Counted from the stretch's first letter, positions 38,897 through 49,249 are shown. The stretch: DNA of 64,000 bases from an uncultured Pseudomonadota bacterium (GCA_963718905.1 CAVRAF010000006.1:185248-249247), one strand, 5' to 3'. Notes: generated by a model from the sequence alone, not told the origin. Program-made: numbers and translations.

Positions 38897-41311
38897 ATGA
38901 AACGCCACGTGATGTCCTTTCTGACTCGGCCGATTCGTAGCTTGAGAACGAGGATTCTCGTTCTGTTCGTCGTGCTGATGCTTCTCGTGCAGTTCGGTGG
39001 CTTCGTCGTGATCAACACCATCGGCGTGACCGCGGCACGAGAGACAGTGGGCGCTGAAATCGTCGCCGGCGCACGCGTGTTCGATCGCCTGCTCGAGCAG
39101 AACACGCAACGCCTGGTGGAGGGCGCGCGGCTCCTGACCGCCGATTACGCGTTCCGCGAAGCGGTCGCTACGGAAGACAGGGCAACGATCGCTTCGGTGC
39201 TCGCGAACCACGGCAAGCGAATCGACGCGGCGGTCATGATGCTGGTTGCGCTCGATCGGCGCGTAATCGTCGACACGCTCGATGTCGATACCGGTCGCCG
39301 CTTCGCATTTCCTGGGCTGCTCGATGAGGCCGAAGCCTCACATACGGCAGCCGCAATGGTGTTGATCCGCGGCCAGCTCTATCGACTCGTCATCGTTCCG
39401 GTGCTGGCACCGCTGCCGATCGCCTGGGTCGCCGTCGGGTTCCGGGTCAACGACACCTTGGCGCAGGATCTGAATCACCTCACGCGCCTTCAAGTCTCGT
39501 TTCTGAGTCGCCAGGTCGACGATGACTGGAGGATTCAGGCGAGCACATTGCCCGGACCGGCGCGCGCCGCCCTGCTCGCGGACATGGTCGCCAGTCGTTT
39601 CGCCGCCAGCGACAGCAACGGCAACGCACTGTACGGTGACGAGACGGTCACGCGCGCCGTGAGCCTTTCGACCCGGGCGAACGGGACCGTTACGGCCGTA
39701 CTGCAGCAGCCTCTGTCGTTGGCACTCGAGCCATTCCGGCGGCTGCAGCGCCAACTCACGCTGATCGCGTCGCTCGGCGTGGTGTTTTCGATCATTGCGA
39801 GCATCGTTATCGCGGGTGGCATCGCACGACCGGTGCGCGATCTCGCGGCCTTCGCGCGGCGCATCGCGGCCGGGGATTACTCGACGATGCCGCCGGCGTT
39901 GCGTCAGGATGAGATCGGCGACCTCGCCGCGGCCTTTCGGTCAATGCAGGACGGGATCGCCATGCGCGAATCGCGGATTACCGATCTCGCGTACCGCGAC
40001 GCGCTAACCGGGCTACCGAACCGGGTGCTGTACGCGGACCGCCTGGAGCAGGCGCTTGCATCGTCGGGCCGCACCGGTACGCCACTCACCGTGCTGTTGA
40101 TGGATCTCGACCATTTCAAAGACGTCAACGACAGCCTCGGGCATCCGATCGGTGACCTGTTGCTGCAGGAAGTGGCCGCGCGCCTGCAGGCGGTGGTGCG
40201 ACGCGCAACTGACACCGTTGCGCGCCTGGGGGGAGACGAATTCGCGATTCTGTTGCCGGGGGACCGGGAAAGCGACGCGCATCGAGTTGCGGAGGCCATG
40301 TTGCGCGTGCTGGAAGTCCCGATGATGCTGGAGGGGCACATGGTTGACATACGCGCCAGCATCGGCATTGCCTCGTGCCCCATTCACGGGACCGAGTCAT
40401 CGAAACTTCTGCGCCGCGCGGACGTGGCCATGTATGCAGCGAAGCGCAACAACCTCGGTGTCGCCATGTGGGACGATCGCTACGAGAAGCACAACCTCGA
40501 GCGGTTGTCGCTGATGAGCGATCTGCGCAAAGCCGTCGACAACGACGAACTCGCTCTGGTTTACCAGCCCAAGGTTTCGCTCCGCTCCACAGGTGAACAT
40601 TTCGTCGAGGCCCTCGTGCGCTGGCAACATCCGGTACGCGGCCTTGTGCCACCGGCCGAGTTCATTCCTTTTGCCGAGCAGACCGGGTACATCCGCGCGA
40701 TCACGCAATGGGTGATCGAACACGCCGTCGCGCAGTGCGCGGAGTGGCGCCGCAGAGGTTTGCCTACGAATGTCTCAATCAACATTTCCGCACGCGACCT
40801 GATGGATGGCGAGCTGCCGGACCGGTTCGCGGCACTGCTCAAGCGCGAGGGTTGCGCGGTGGACTGGATCTCGTTCGAAATCACCGAGAGCGCGATCCTC
40901 GACGATCCGGGGCACGCGATCAATAATCTCGGGCGCCTGCATGCATTGGGCTGCAAGCTCGCGATAGACGATTACGGGACCGGCTACTCGTCGCTCGCTT
41001 ACCTGAGCCGCCTGACCGTTGACGAACTCAAGATAGACAAGTCGTTCGTGATGGGCATGGCGAAGGACGCGAGCGATGCGATCATCGTGCGCTCGACCAT
41101 CGAACTCGCGCACAACATGGGCTTGACGGTAATCGCTGAAGGTGTGGAGAACGAAGCCACATTCGAGCAGTTGAGCGCACTCGGCTGCGATACGGTGCAA
41201 GGCTACTGGATCAGCAAGCCGATAACGGCCACGGAAGCCGAGGTTTGGATGCGGGAATCCGTGTGGACATCGGCGGCGCGCCAGCGGAGCGGATTGCGGC
41301 GCATAGGTTAG
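38897..41311 (+). CDS. Sensor-HAMP-GGDEF-EAL diguanylate cyclase/phosphodiesterase
   Basis: DALTGLPNR, RLGGDEF, EALVRW, DDYGTGYSS, IAEGVE. Confidence 0.95.
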   Translation: MKRHVMSFLTRPIRSLRTRILVLFVVLMLLVQFGGFVVINTIGVTAARETVGAEIVAGARVFDRLLEQNTQRLVEGARLLTADYAFREAVATEDRATIASVLANHGKRIDAAVMMLVALDRRVIVDTLDVDTGRRFAFPGLLDEAEASHTAAAMVLIRGQLYRLVIVPVLAPLPIAWVAVGFRVNDTLAQDLNHLTRLQVSFLSRQVDDDWRIQASTLPGPARAALLADMVASRFAASDSNGNALYGDETVTRAVSLSTRANGTVTAVLQQPLSLALEPFRRLQRQLTLIASLGVVFSIIASIVIAGGIARPVRDLAAFARRIAAGDYSTMPPALRQDEIGDLAAAFRSMQDGIAMRESRITDLAYRDALTGLPNRVLYADRLEQALASSGRTGTPLTVLLMDLDHFKDVNDSLGHPIGDLLLQEVAARLQAVVRRATDTVARLGGDEFAILLPGDRESDAHRVAEAMLRVLEVPMMLEGHMVDIRASIGIASCPIHGTESSKLLRRADVAMYAAKRNNLGVAMWDDRYEKHNLERLSLMSDLRKAVDNDELALVYQPKVSLRSTGEHFVEALVRWQHPVRGLVPPAEFIPFAEQTGYIRAITQWVIEHAVAQCAEWRRRGLPTNVSINISARDLMDGELPDRFAALLKREGCAVDWISFEITESAILDDPGHAINNLGRLHALGCKLAIDDYGTGYSSLAYLSRLTVDELKIDKSFVMGMAKDASDAIIVRSTIELAHNMGLTVIAEGVENEATFEQLSALGCDTVQGYWISKPITATEAEVWMRESVWTSAARQRSGLRRIG

Positions 41312-41429
41312 CAGCCTGCGTCGCGCGGCCACGCGCGACGCAATGCCTGCTCAGTCTTTGATGACGTGCGAGACGCCGTTGAATCCGTCGCCGATCATGC
41401 TGCCCGGCTTCCGATCCCTCGACCTCGTG

Positions 41430-42365
41430 CTACGGATTGCAATACTCCTTGAAGGAATCCTGCAGCGCGTCCACGCTGGAGAATCCCAGGGTCGAAGCAG
41501 CTGAATGAATTCCCCGAAACTGCCTGGCGAGCGCAGAGACGCTTTCTCCGTGGCAACTCGGCTCCCCGGGGATTCCGGCCTCGGGAATGGCATCGCCGCT
41601 CAGCGAAAACGTCATGTTGAACGCGGGCGTCGTAGCCGGAGTATCGCCGCCGATGACGTCGGCGCCGATGCGCACCCAATCCGGCGCCAGGCGCGAGCTG
41701 CGGATCCAGGCTTGCAAATCCTGCGCGAGCGGCGTGCCGGGTGACACGATGGGCCTCGGCGCGGACAGGTACAGGAAATCGCCACCGTTCACCAGGACCT
41801 CCGGGCGGAAGAAATAGTGACCCGCCGGTAGCAGGATCGGCTTGGTAAACGTGATGGCGACCTGGACTGCTTCTCCGCTCGCCGGGCCTTCGCCACCGGT
41901 TCTACTCGGAGTCGGGTTGATGCCGTGCACCACGGTGTTCGGCACCGAGAAACTTGGGTTCAGCAGGCTTGCGGAAAACCTGAGCGTTCCCACGCTTCCA
42001 TCGCGCGTCGCAGTATCGATTTCGACATCTCCGGGGGAATTGACTCGCGTGAACACGCGTCCCGAGGGCGGGCTGACCGAGTCCAGCGGGAACACGTGAT
42101 ACAACTCGACCTCGACGTTGCTGATATTCGCCAGAGGCGCAGTGATCAACCCGGCAATCGTCGCCCCATTGATGACCGTGGTCTCCGTAAGAATGAAGTC
42201 ATCGGCCGTCTCGGTCTCGATCTTTCCCGCGCTCTCACTCCGGGAGAGCGCCCCCAGCAGCCCGTCGATGTTACCGGTGCTGAAGAAAAAGGGACTCGCC
42301 CAGGCGGGGGCGGCAAGTACCCCCGCGGTGATCATCGCCGATACCATACTCGTTCGCAATCTCAT
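41430..42365 (-). CDS. Secreted protein with PEP-CTERM-family-like body and an alternative Cys-containing C-terminal domain
   Basis: Signal peptide; FFFSTGN..G, ETADDF; tail IPEAGIPGEPSCHGESVSALARQ...EYC. Confidence 0.75.
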   Translation of the reverse strand: MRLRTSMVSAMITAGVLAAPAWASPFFFSTGNIDGLLGALSRSESAGKIETETADDFILTETTVINGATIAGLITAPLANISNVEVELYHVFPLDSVSPPSGRVFTRVNSPGDVEIDTATRDGSVGTLRFSASLLNPSFSVPNTVVHGINPTPSRTGGEGPASGEAVQVAITFTKPILLPAGHYFFRPEVLVNGGDFLYLSAPRPIVSPGTPLAQDLQAWIRSSRLAPDWVRIGADVIGGDTPATTPAFNMTFSLSGDAIPEAGIPGEPSCHGESVSALARQFRGIHSAASTLGFSSVDALQDSFKEYCNP

Positions 42366-42609
42366 GTTGTTGCTCCTTTCGATGCTCTGGTTTGAAATTA
42401 TCAAAGTTCAACGGTTGGGGATTCGCCGCGATCCGTGCTTGCGGCGTTTGACGATCGATATCCCTGGTCATCGTGTCTTTCCTTTCGAATCTCAGCGAAT
42501 TCAGAATCGCAGTGCAGTCTAGTAGGCGGGTGCGGCAGGGAAACTTCACCGGAAGGCCGATTTTGTTTCGTTTGTTTCACGCGCGTTGGGCGCTAATATT
42601 TGAGACCAG

Positions 42610-43824
42610 ATGACGGAAGCCCGCGTGAACATCGAGATAAGCGAATGGATCGTGCGCGCAGCGGTCGCGGGCGCGAACGAGATCGAAATCGTCGCCGGCG
42701 TATGCGAGCGAATGAACGACGCCGGCCTATCGCTGGTGCGCGCCTCGGTCGCCAACGACCTGCTGGATCCGACCTACGGCGGGCGCGGCGTGCGCTGGCT
42801 ACGCAGCCAAGGCGGCCTGGAGGAAGCGTTCGTCCGCGTGGAGGCCCCCCAGGTCAACGAGAACTGGACGGGGAGCCCGTTCTCCTCGCTTTTCGAGAGT
42901 CGCGAGCCGATGCTGCGCCGCCGCTTGAATGCGATCTACCGCCGCGGCGAGTTTTCGATGCTCGACCAGTTTCAAGATGAAGGAGTCACCGATTACGTGG
43001 CCTTTGCATCGCGCGTGGGCGAAAGCGTCCGATTGGGGGAGGGTGAGGGGATTCTCGCCTCGTGGACGACTGACGCGCCGGACGGATTCAGCCAGACGCA
43101 GATCGAGTGGCTCGAGGGCATCATGCCGGCGCTGACGCTGGCCTTCATGCTTCGTACGACCAATCGAACGGCACGTACTCTGATCACTACGTACTTGGGA
43201 AGCGACGCTGCGGAACGCGTGCTCGCGGGCAACATCGTGCGCGGTCGGGCCGAGCCGATCCGCGCAGTCGTTTGGTTCAGCGACCTCGTCGGGTTCACGC
43301 GGATTTCCGACACGGCGAGCGCCGCCTCGGTGCTGGAACTTTTGAACGATTACGCGGAGGCGCAGGTGGACGTGATCGAGTTGCATGGCGGGCATGTCCT
43401 GAAGTTCATGGGCGATGGAATCCTTGCGATCTTTCCCCATGACGACACGACGCTGGCGTGCAAGCACGCGCTGGCAGCCGCTGCCGAGCAGCGGCAGCGC
43501 ATCGCCGCCCTGAACGCTCGCCGTACTTCCGCCGGTCTGCCGGTAACCGACACGCATGTGGCGCTGCACGTGGGCGAGTTGCTCTATGGCAATCTGGGCA
43601 GCCCACGTCGACTCGACTTCACTGTGGTGGGACCGGCCGCCAACGAGGCGGCACGGATCGAGGCACTTTGTGGCTCGCTCGATCAGACCGTCATCGTGTC
43701 GTCGGCGTTCGCGGAGGCTGCGGGCGATGCGTGTCGTCAGCTTGTGAGCCTTGGTCGCTACGCGATGAAGGGCGTCGCGCGGCCGCAAGAGCTCTTTACG
43801 CTGGATCCCGGCCAAAGATTTTGA
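42610..43824 (+). CDS. Class III adenylate cyclase with GAF-like N-terminus
   Basis: FSDLVGFT, LKFMGDG, DFTVVGPAANEAAR. Confidence 0.92.
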   Translation: MTEARVNIEISEWIVRAAVAGANEIEIVAGVCERMNDAGLSLVRASVANDLLDPTYGGRGVRWLRSQGGLEEAFVRVEAPQVNENWTGSPFSSLFESREPMLRRRLNAIYRRGEFSMLDQFQDEGVTDYVAFASRVGESVRLGEGEGILASWTTDAPDGFSQTQIEWLEGIMPALTLAFMLRTTNRTARTLITTYLGSDAAERVLAGNIVRGRAEPIRAVVWFSDLVGFTRISDTASAASVLELLNDYAEAQVDVIELHGGHVLKFMGDGILAIFPHDDTTLACKHALAAAAEQRQRIAALNARRTSAGLPVTDTHVALHVGELLYGNLGSPRRLDFTVVGPAANEAARIEALCGSLDQTVIVSSAFAEAAGDACRQLVSLGRYAMKGVARPQELFTLDPGQRF

Positions 43825-43920
43825 GTCCGCGGCGAACTGGGTGACAATCGGCGCGGCCCTGGTCCAGGGCCACGGCAGCCCTGGCCTCCCTGGGTCGCAG
43901 TGAGTCCCGATTAGCCGTAC

Positions 43921-45835
43921 GTGAGCAGTTCCCCCAAAGCCGTGTTTCTGAGCTACGCATCGCAAGATGCCGAAGCCGCACGGCACATCCGTGACGCGCT
44001 GCAGGCGATGAGCGTCGAGGTGTGGTTCGACCAGAGCGCGCTGCGCGGGGGCGACGCCTGGGATGCGTCGATCCGTCGCCAGATCAAGGACTGCGCGTTG
44101 TTCGTGCCGATCATCTCGGCCAACACGCAGGCGCGCGAAGAAGGTTATTTCCGACGCGAATGGAATCTGGCCGTGAACCGTACGCTGGACATGGCGGACG
44201 GCAAAGCGTTCCTGCTGCCGGTGGTCATCGACGCGACGGTCGACGTCAACGCCCGCGTGCCGGAGCGATTCCGCGATGTGCAGTGGACCCACCTGCCCGA
44301 CGGAAGATCGTCAGCCGCGTTTGCCGAGCACGTGCAGCGGCTGCTGTCGGGCGGCGCTACGCCGGCAGCGGTTACGTCAGCGCGCGCTGCTCCAATAACG
44401 GCGGCCGCCCTTGCAGTCGCAGTGCCCAAGCAGGAACCGCCGTCAATCGCGGTGCTGCCGTTCGTCAACCGCAGCAGCAGCGACGAAGACGAGTACTTTT
44501 CGGATGGCCTTGCCGATGAGCTGCTGAACGTGCTCGCGAAGATCCGCGGGTTGCGCGTGGCCGCGCGTACGTCATCGTTCCAGTTCAAAGGCAAGAACGA
44601 CGACATCGCAGTGATCGGGCGCAAGCTCAACGTCACCACGGTGCTCGAAGGCAGCGTGCGCAAAGCGGGTAGCCGGATGCGGATTGCCGTGCAGTTGGTG
44701 AATGTCGCTGACGGCTACCACCTGTGGTCGGAAACCTACGATCGGACCTTCGACGACATTTTCGCCGTGCAGGACGACATCGCGCAGTCGGTGGTGCAGG
44801 AACTGCGCACGAGGCTGCTGGGCGAAGCGGCGGACGCGAAGGCGGCCGAGAAGGTGACGGCCCAGGTCGCGGCCGCGGCGAAGGGTCGGGCGACCGACCC
44901 CGAGGCGCATCGGCTGTTCCTGCAAGCACGTTACTTCGCCCAACGAAACAACCGCGACGACATGGCAAAGGCGATTGGCTACCTGAAGCAGGCGCTGGCG
45001 CTGGATCCCGAGTTCGCCCTCGCGTGGAGCGAGTTGGGAAGTGAATATTCGGCTGAAGCTGGAAATGGTTGGGCTCCTGTCGCAGAAGGCTATGCGCGCG
45101 CGCGCGATGCAGCGGCGCGTGCGTTCGCGCTGGAGCCGGATCTCGCGGAGGCGCACGCGCAGATGGGATGGATCCAGATCAACGCCGACTGGGATTGGGC
45201 TGGCGCGGAGGCGTCCTTTCGTCGAGCGCTGGAGCTGGCGCCGGGCAATGCCCGCGTGGTCAACACTGCCGGCACGCTCGCCATGAACCAAGGTCGCCTC
45301 GAGGAGGCGATCCGACTCTATCGCCAAGCGCTCGAGCAGGATCCGCTACGTCCAGCGGCCCATTCCAACCTCGCTGACACGCTGCGCTTGGTCGGTCGCT
45401 TCGCCGAAGCCGAGGCGGCATATCGGAAGGTGCTCGAACTCGCGCCGCAACGCGTCGGTCGTGCATGGATAGCTTTCGCTCACCCTGTTGGCGCAGGGCC
45501 GGGGCGCAGAGGCGCTCGCCGAAGCGCTGCGCGAGCCGGAAGAATGGATGCGTCTGTGGGTGCTCGCGATCATTCATCATGCCGAAGGCCACCGCGCTGA
45601 ATCCGACGCTGCATTGCAGGCGCTGATCGTCAAATACCAGGATGCGGCGGCTTTTCAGGTCGCCCAGGTGTACGCCGTGCGCAACGAGTCGGAGCTCGCT
45701 TTCCAGTGGCTCGAGCGGGCCTATGACCAGCGCGATCCCGGACTCACGGAAACGAAACCCGAGCCATTATTTCGCACTCTCCACGCCGATCCACGCTGGG
45801 AGGCATTCCTGCGCAAGATGGGGCTGGCGGAGTAG
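43921..45835 (+). CDS. TIR domain - TolB-like N domain - TPR protein (frameshift near 45460)
   Basis: VFLSYASQD, YFRREW; SIAVLPFVN, YFSDGLADE; TPR repeats; C-terminal ADPRW..LRKMGL. Confidence 0.88.
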
Positions 45836-45857
45836 GGCGCATGTAACGCCCTCCTTG

Positions 45858-46559
45858 TCAGAAGCGTTCCACCCAAGGTCTCAACTCGATCTCCCACGTC
45901 CAGGCGCTGCGCGGCTGGCGGAGAATATTGAGGTAGGTGAGCGCGATTGCGTCAGGTTCGAGCATCGCGTCGGGCTTGTCCGGGTCGTCAGCGTGTCCAG
46001 CGCCACGAATTCCGCCGTCGATGACGAAGTGCGCAACGTGGATCCCCTGCGGCGACAGCTCGCGGGCAAGGCTCTGGGCGAGCCCGCGCAAAGCAAACTT
46101 GCCCATGGCAAACGGCGCCGATTGCGCATATCCCTTCACGCTCGCCGAGGCGCCGGTGAACATGATCGCGCCGTGTCCGTTTGGCAGCATCCGGGCGGCG
46201 GCTTGCTGGGCGACCAGAAACGCCCCGAACGCGGTGACTTGCAGTGCGCGTTGAACCTCGGCCGGAACGAGCCGGATGAAGGGTCCGCGCGTGCGCGCGC
46301 TGGCGTTGTAGATGACCACGTCCGGTGCACCGTGCACGGATTCGATGTCAGCGAACAACCGCTGCACTTGCGCCTCGTCCTGCGCGTCGCAGGCGAAGGC
46401 GCGGGCGCCTGTTTCGCTGCACAACTGCGCAAGCTTTGCGGCGTTCCGCGCGGCGATCGCGACGGCGAGGCCCTCTTTCCTGAAGAGCCGGGTGAGCGAC
46501 GCGCTCAGTCCCTGACCGGCGCCGACGATCAACGCGGACGTGTAGGTTGGCGATGCCAT
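45858..46559 (-). CDS. Short-chain dehydrogenase/reductase
   Basis: IVGAGQGLS, TGASAS, KFALRGLAQS, HVAHFVIDG, ELRP. Confidence 0.92.
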   Translation of the reverse strand: MASPTYTSALIVGAGQGLSASLTRLFRKEGLAVAIAARNAAKLAQLCSETGARAFACDAQDEAQVQRLFADIESVHGAPDVVIYNASARTRGPFIRLVPAEVQRALQVTAFGAFLVAQQAAARMLPNGHGAIMFTGASASVKGYAQSAPFAMGKFALRGLAQSLARELSPQGIHVAHFVIDGGIRGAGHADDPDKPDAMLEPDAIALTYLNILRQPRSAWTWEIELRPWVERF

Positions 46560-46789
46560 GATCCTCTCCTTTTACCGTGCCCGACTTGCGCATCGGCCAT
46601 CCCGCACGAGCTTGTCAGGTTCGGCGGCAATGAGCGAGCATATCGCAAAAGCCGTAGTTGATAAGGTCACCCTTTGTCGCGTTCCGGCTCGCGGTGCTGG
46701 AGCGAATCGGAGACGCGCTGTGCGACGTCGCCGGAGAGTACGCCAACGATGCTTCGGTCATCGGCGCACGAGTGGTCGGTCAGTCACGA

Positions 46790-47137
46790 TCACGCCACGT
46801 CCTGTCTTGCTTTGCCGAACAACTGTTTGACCGTAGCCGGACTAGCGGCAGCCCGCAGTCGGACACGCAACGCCTCGCTCGACAATCGTTCCGCCACGAA
46901 CGCGAGAATTTGCAAATGATCGTTGTTCGCGCGCTCCGGAACGACGATGGCCAAGAGAATCGATACCGGCTGTCCGTCCGGTGCGTCGAAAGGAATCGGC
47001 TAAACCGTTTCGAAGTTCAAGGCATTCGCAGTGGCCATCCGCACCGCAATCGCTTCGAGCGCTTGCTTTCGCCCGGCAACGTCGAGGTCCAATAGGACGT
47101 CCATGCCCGCCAAGAAATCGAGGATGCGACTGTTCAT
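46790..47137 (-). pseudogene. ptsN: PTS EIIA-Ntr (PtsN-like) pseudogene with internal deletion and in-frame TAG
   Basis: Manual translation MNSRILDFLAGMDVLLDLDVAGRKQALEAIA...ETV*PIPFDAPDGQPVSILLAIVVPE..NDHLQILAFVAERLS; phospho-His segment absent. Confidence 0.8.
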
Positions 47138-47175
47138 GCGGACTGGTTCGCGAGTCGTGGGGGTCCACGAAACTG

Positions 47176-48081
47176 CTAGAACGTTTTCTTTACGTAGATG
47201 ACGCCGCGATCCTTAGCGGTGTTGTAGCCGGTCAAATCCGTGTAGAAGCGCTTCTTCGCGTCATTGCCGGTGTAATAGGCGCCGACCTCCAGTCCCTTGA
47301 TAACCCCTTGGGGAACCGTATAAGAGACGCCGAGCTTCCAGTCGTTGTACGAGACCTTGCCCGCCGTGCTCAGATCGCTATCGCTGCCGTCGTGCCGCAC
47401 ATCGAGGTGTCCGACGTGGCCGATCACCCCCCAAGGCGTATCGGGTATCGGATACGCTCCGGAGAGATCGAGGTACCAGGTGCCGTCCGTCTTCTGGCCG
47501 TCCGGGCGAGCGCCGAAGTAGTCGGTCAGGGCGTAGGAAAGCTTGAGGCTGACCCACTTCCAGCCCAGCGCTCCGTAGAGCTCCCACGTGTCGACGTCGA
47601 AAACGCCTGGATTTTTTCTGCCCGGATATACGTAGCCGTAGACGCCGAGATCGTATGACCAGTCCTCGGACCCGGGAAAGTTCTGTTTGTAACCACCGTA
47701 GACGTCCCACTCCAGGCTCGAGCGGTTGTACTCGCCGAAATCCTCGAGCCAGCTGATGTTCGACGCCCAAGTGCCGGCGTAGAAGCCGCTCACATGGCTC
47801 CAGTCGAATCCGCCCTGAACCGCGGGTTTGCCCGCGGTCTGCGCGATGCCCCGGAAAATGTATTCGCTGAACAGGCCGACATTGGCGGTGACCGTGTTGG
47901 CGGGGGGCGGTGGTGTGGGGGCCGCGGCCGGAGCGGCCGCCGGGGGCACCGTCTGCGCCAGGGCGCTGCCCGTAAGCAGCGCGCCGACCACGGCGATCGC
48001 GAGCCTGATTTTGGTGGCAAGCAACGCTCGCGAGAAGACTGCGTCACGCGCGGTGCAACGATGCCAGGAGCGGGGTGTCAT
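47176..48081 (-). CDS. TorF family putative porin
   Basis: SEYIFRGIAQT, PAVQGGFD, GFYAGTWASN, C-terminal KKTF. Confidence 0.9.
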   Translation of the reverse strand: MTPRSWHRCTARDAVFSRALLATKIRLAIAVVGALLTGSALAQTVPPAAAPAAAPTPPPPANTVTANVGLFSEYIFRGIAQTAGKPAVQGGFDWSHVSGFYAGTWASNISWLEDFGEYNRSSLEWDVYGGYKQNFPGSEDWSYDLGVYGYVYPGRKNPGVFDVDTWELYGALGWKWVSLKLSYALTDYFGARPDGQKTDGTWYLDLSGAYPIPDTPWGVIGHVGHLDVRHDGSDSDLSTAGKVSYNDWKLGVSYTVPQGVIKGLEVGAYYTGNDAKKRFYTDLTGYNTAKDRGVIYVKKTF

Positions 48082-48147
48082 AGACTGCCTTTCGGTTCAG
48101 ATATGCGCGACGGTCGCTTCGCGATGGGACCAAGATACGACGCGTCA

Positions 48148-48196
48148 CGCAAAATTGTCGTAAAGACTGCGCGTCGTGGCGTAAATGCCGCGTAAA
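48148..48196 (-). promoter_or_regulatory. Phased TTTACG direct repeats (KdpE/OmpR-family box-like) upstream of the porin
   Basis: Plus-strand CG(T/C)AAA at 48148, 48159, 48180, 48191 (spacing 11, 21, 11). Confidence 0.55.
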
Positions 48197-48306
48197 GAGA
48201 TCTGGGCTAAGGCGAGTGGTGAAAAGCCGTCGGGACGAAGCGCCTCGACATGGCAGTGCGCCGACGGGCGCAATCTGCTGATGCCAGCGTCTCGATCGGT
48301 CGTACA

Positions 48307-49215
48307 ATGGTTCTGGTGGGCGCTATAGATCGCTTGACGGCGTCGCTTCGGGCCAATGCAAGCGGCTGGGCCGTCATCCTCCTCGTGGCTGTCGTCGCGG
48401 GTTGCAACAATGGATTCAAACTGGACGATCCGATGGAGGCCGCACGGCTCTCGTCGGACCTTCTCGTCCGATTCACCAAAGCAACCGACGCTGCGGATCG
48501 GGCCGTCATGGCGGGTACCGACGAGGCGGCCACCGAATATGCGCGCGAGGCCGAGCAGGCCACGCAATTGGTCCAGCGGGACGCCGACGCCCTGAAGCTC
48601 CTGCTCACAGGACTCGGCTACACCACCGAGTCACGTCTCCTCCAAGAATTCATCGGCCGATTTGCGCGGTATCGGGAACTTGACAGCACCATCCTCGGCT
48701 TGGCCGTCGAGAACACCAATCTCAAAGCGCAGCGTCTGTCATTCGGCCCTGCTCAGAAAGCAGCGGACGCGTTCCGGGATGGCCTTGAGTCTGTCGCGCG
48801 CACGTCCCCGACAAAGGACGCCTGGCAGGTCAAGGCGCTCACAGCAACCGCGCTGTCGGCGGTGCGCGAGATCCAGGTGCTGCAGGGCCCGCACATCGCG
48901 GAAGCAGACGACGTCGCGATGACCCGCCTCGAAGAGCGAATGGCATCGTCCGAGGGCGTGGCGCGCAGCGCGCTGCAGACGCTGGCGGGCCTGCTACCGC
49001 CTGCGTCACGACCACAACTCGATGGCGCCGCCGCTGCATTGGACCGCTTCCACGACCTCAACAAGCAGCTCATCGTCCTGTCCCGACGCAACAGCAACGT
49101 GCACTCGCTAGCGCTGTCGCTGGGCGAGAAGCGCATGCTCACGGCGCAGTGCGAAGAGAGTCTTCACACACTCCAGGACGCGCTGAGCAAGCGCACGTTC
49201 GCCGGGACGCGATAG
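48307..49215 (+). CDS. Probable lipoprotein with helical-bundle (chemoreceptor-sensor-like) domain
   Basis: VVAGC lipobox; all-helical; ILGLAVENTNLKA..LS motif; start uncertain. Confidence 0.65.
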   Translation: MVLVGAIDRLTASLRANASGWAVILLVAVVAGCNNGFKLDDPMEAARLSSDLLVRFTKATDAADRAVMAGTDEAATEYAREAEQATQLVQRDADALKLLLTGLGYTTESRLLQEFIGRFARYRELDSTILGLAVENTNLKAQRLSFGPAQKAADAFRDGLESVARTSPTKDAWQVKALTATALSAVREIQVLQGPHIAEADDVAMTRLEERMASSEGVARSALQTLAGLLPPASRPQLDGAAAALDRFHDLNKQLIVLSRRNSNVHSLALSLGEKRMLTAQCEESLHTLQDALSKRTFAGTR

Positions 49216-49249
49216 CTGACCTCAGGAAGACGGGGGGGCTTCCAATCAC

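Noticed and set aside
43881-43897. Reverse-orientation copy of the junction R motif (CTGGCCTCCCTGGGTCG)
   Set aside because: Short, no partner motif, and plausible by chance in GC-rich DNA.
42610-45835. Canonical Pycsar, CBASS or Thoeris call
   Set aside because: Adenine-type cyclase residues; no cNMP-binding, CD-NTase or ThsA component; kept only as a speculative finding.
47000-47002. In-frame TAG in ptsN as pyrrolysine or readthrough
   Set aside because: It coincides with a deletion of the active-site segment and no pyl genes are present; decay is simpler.
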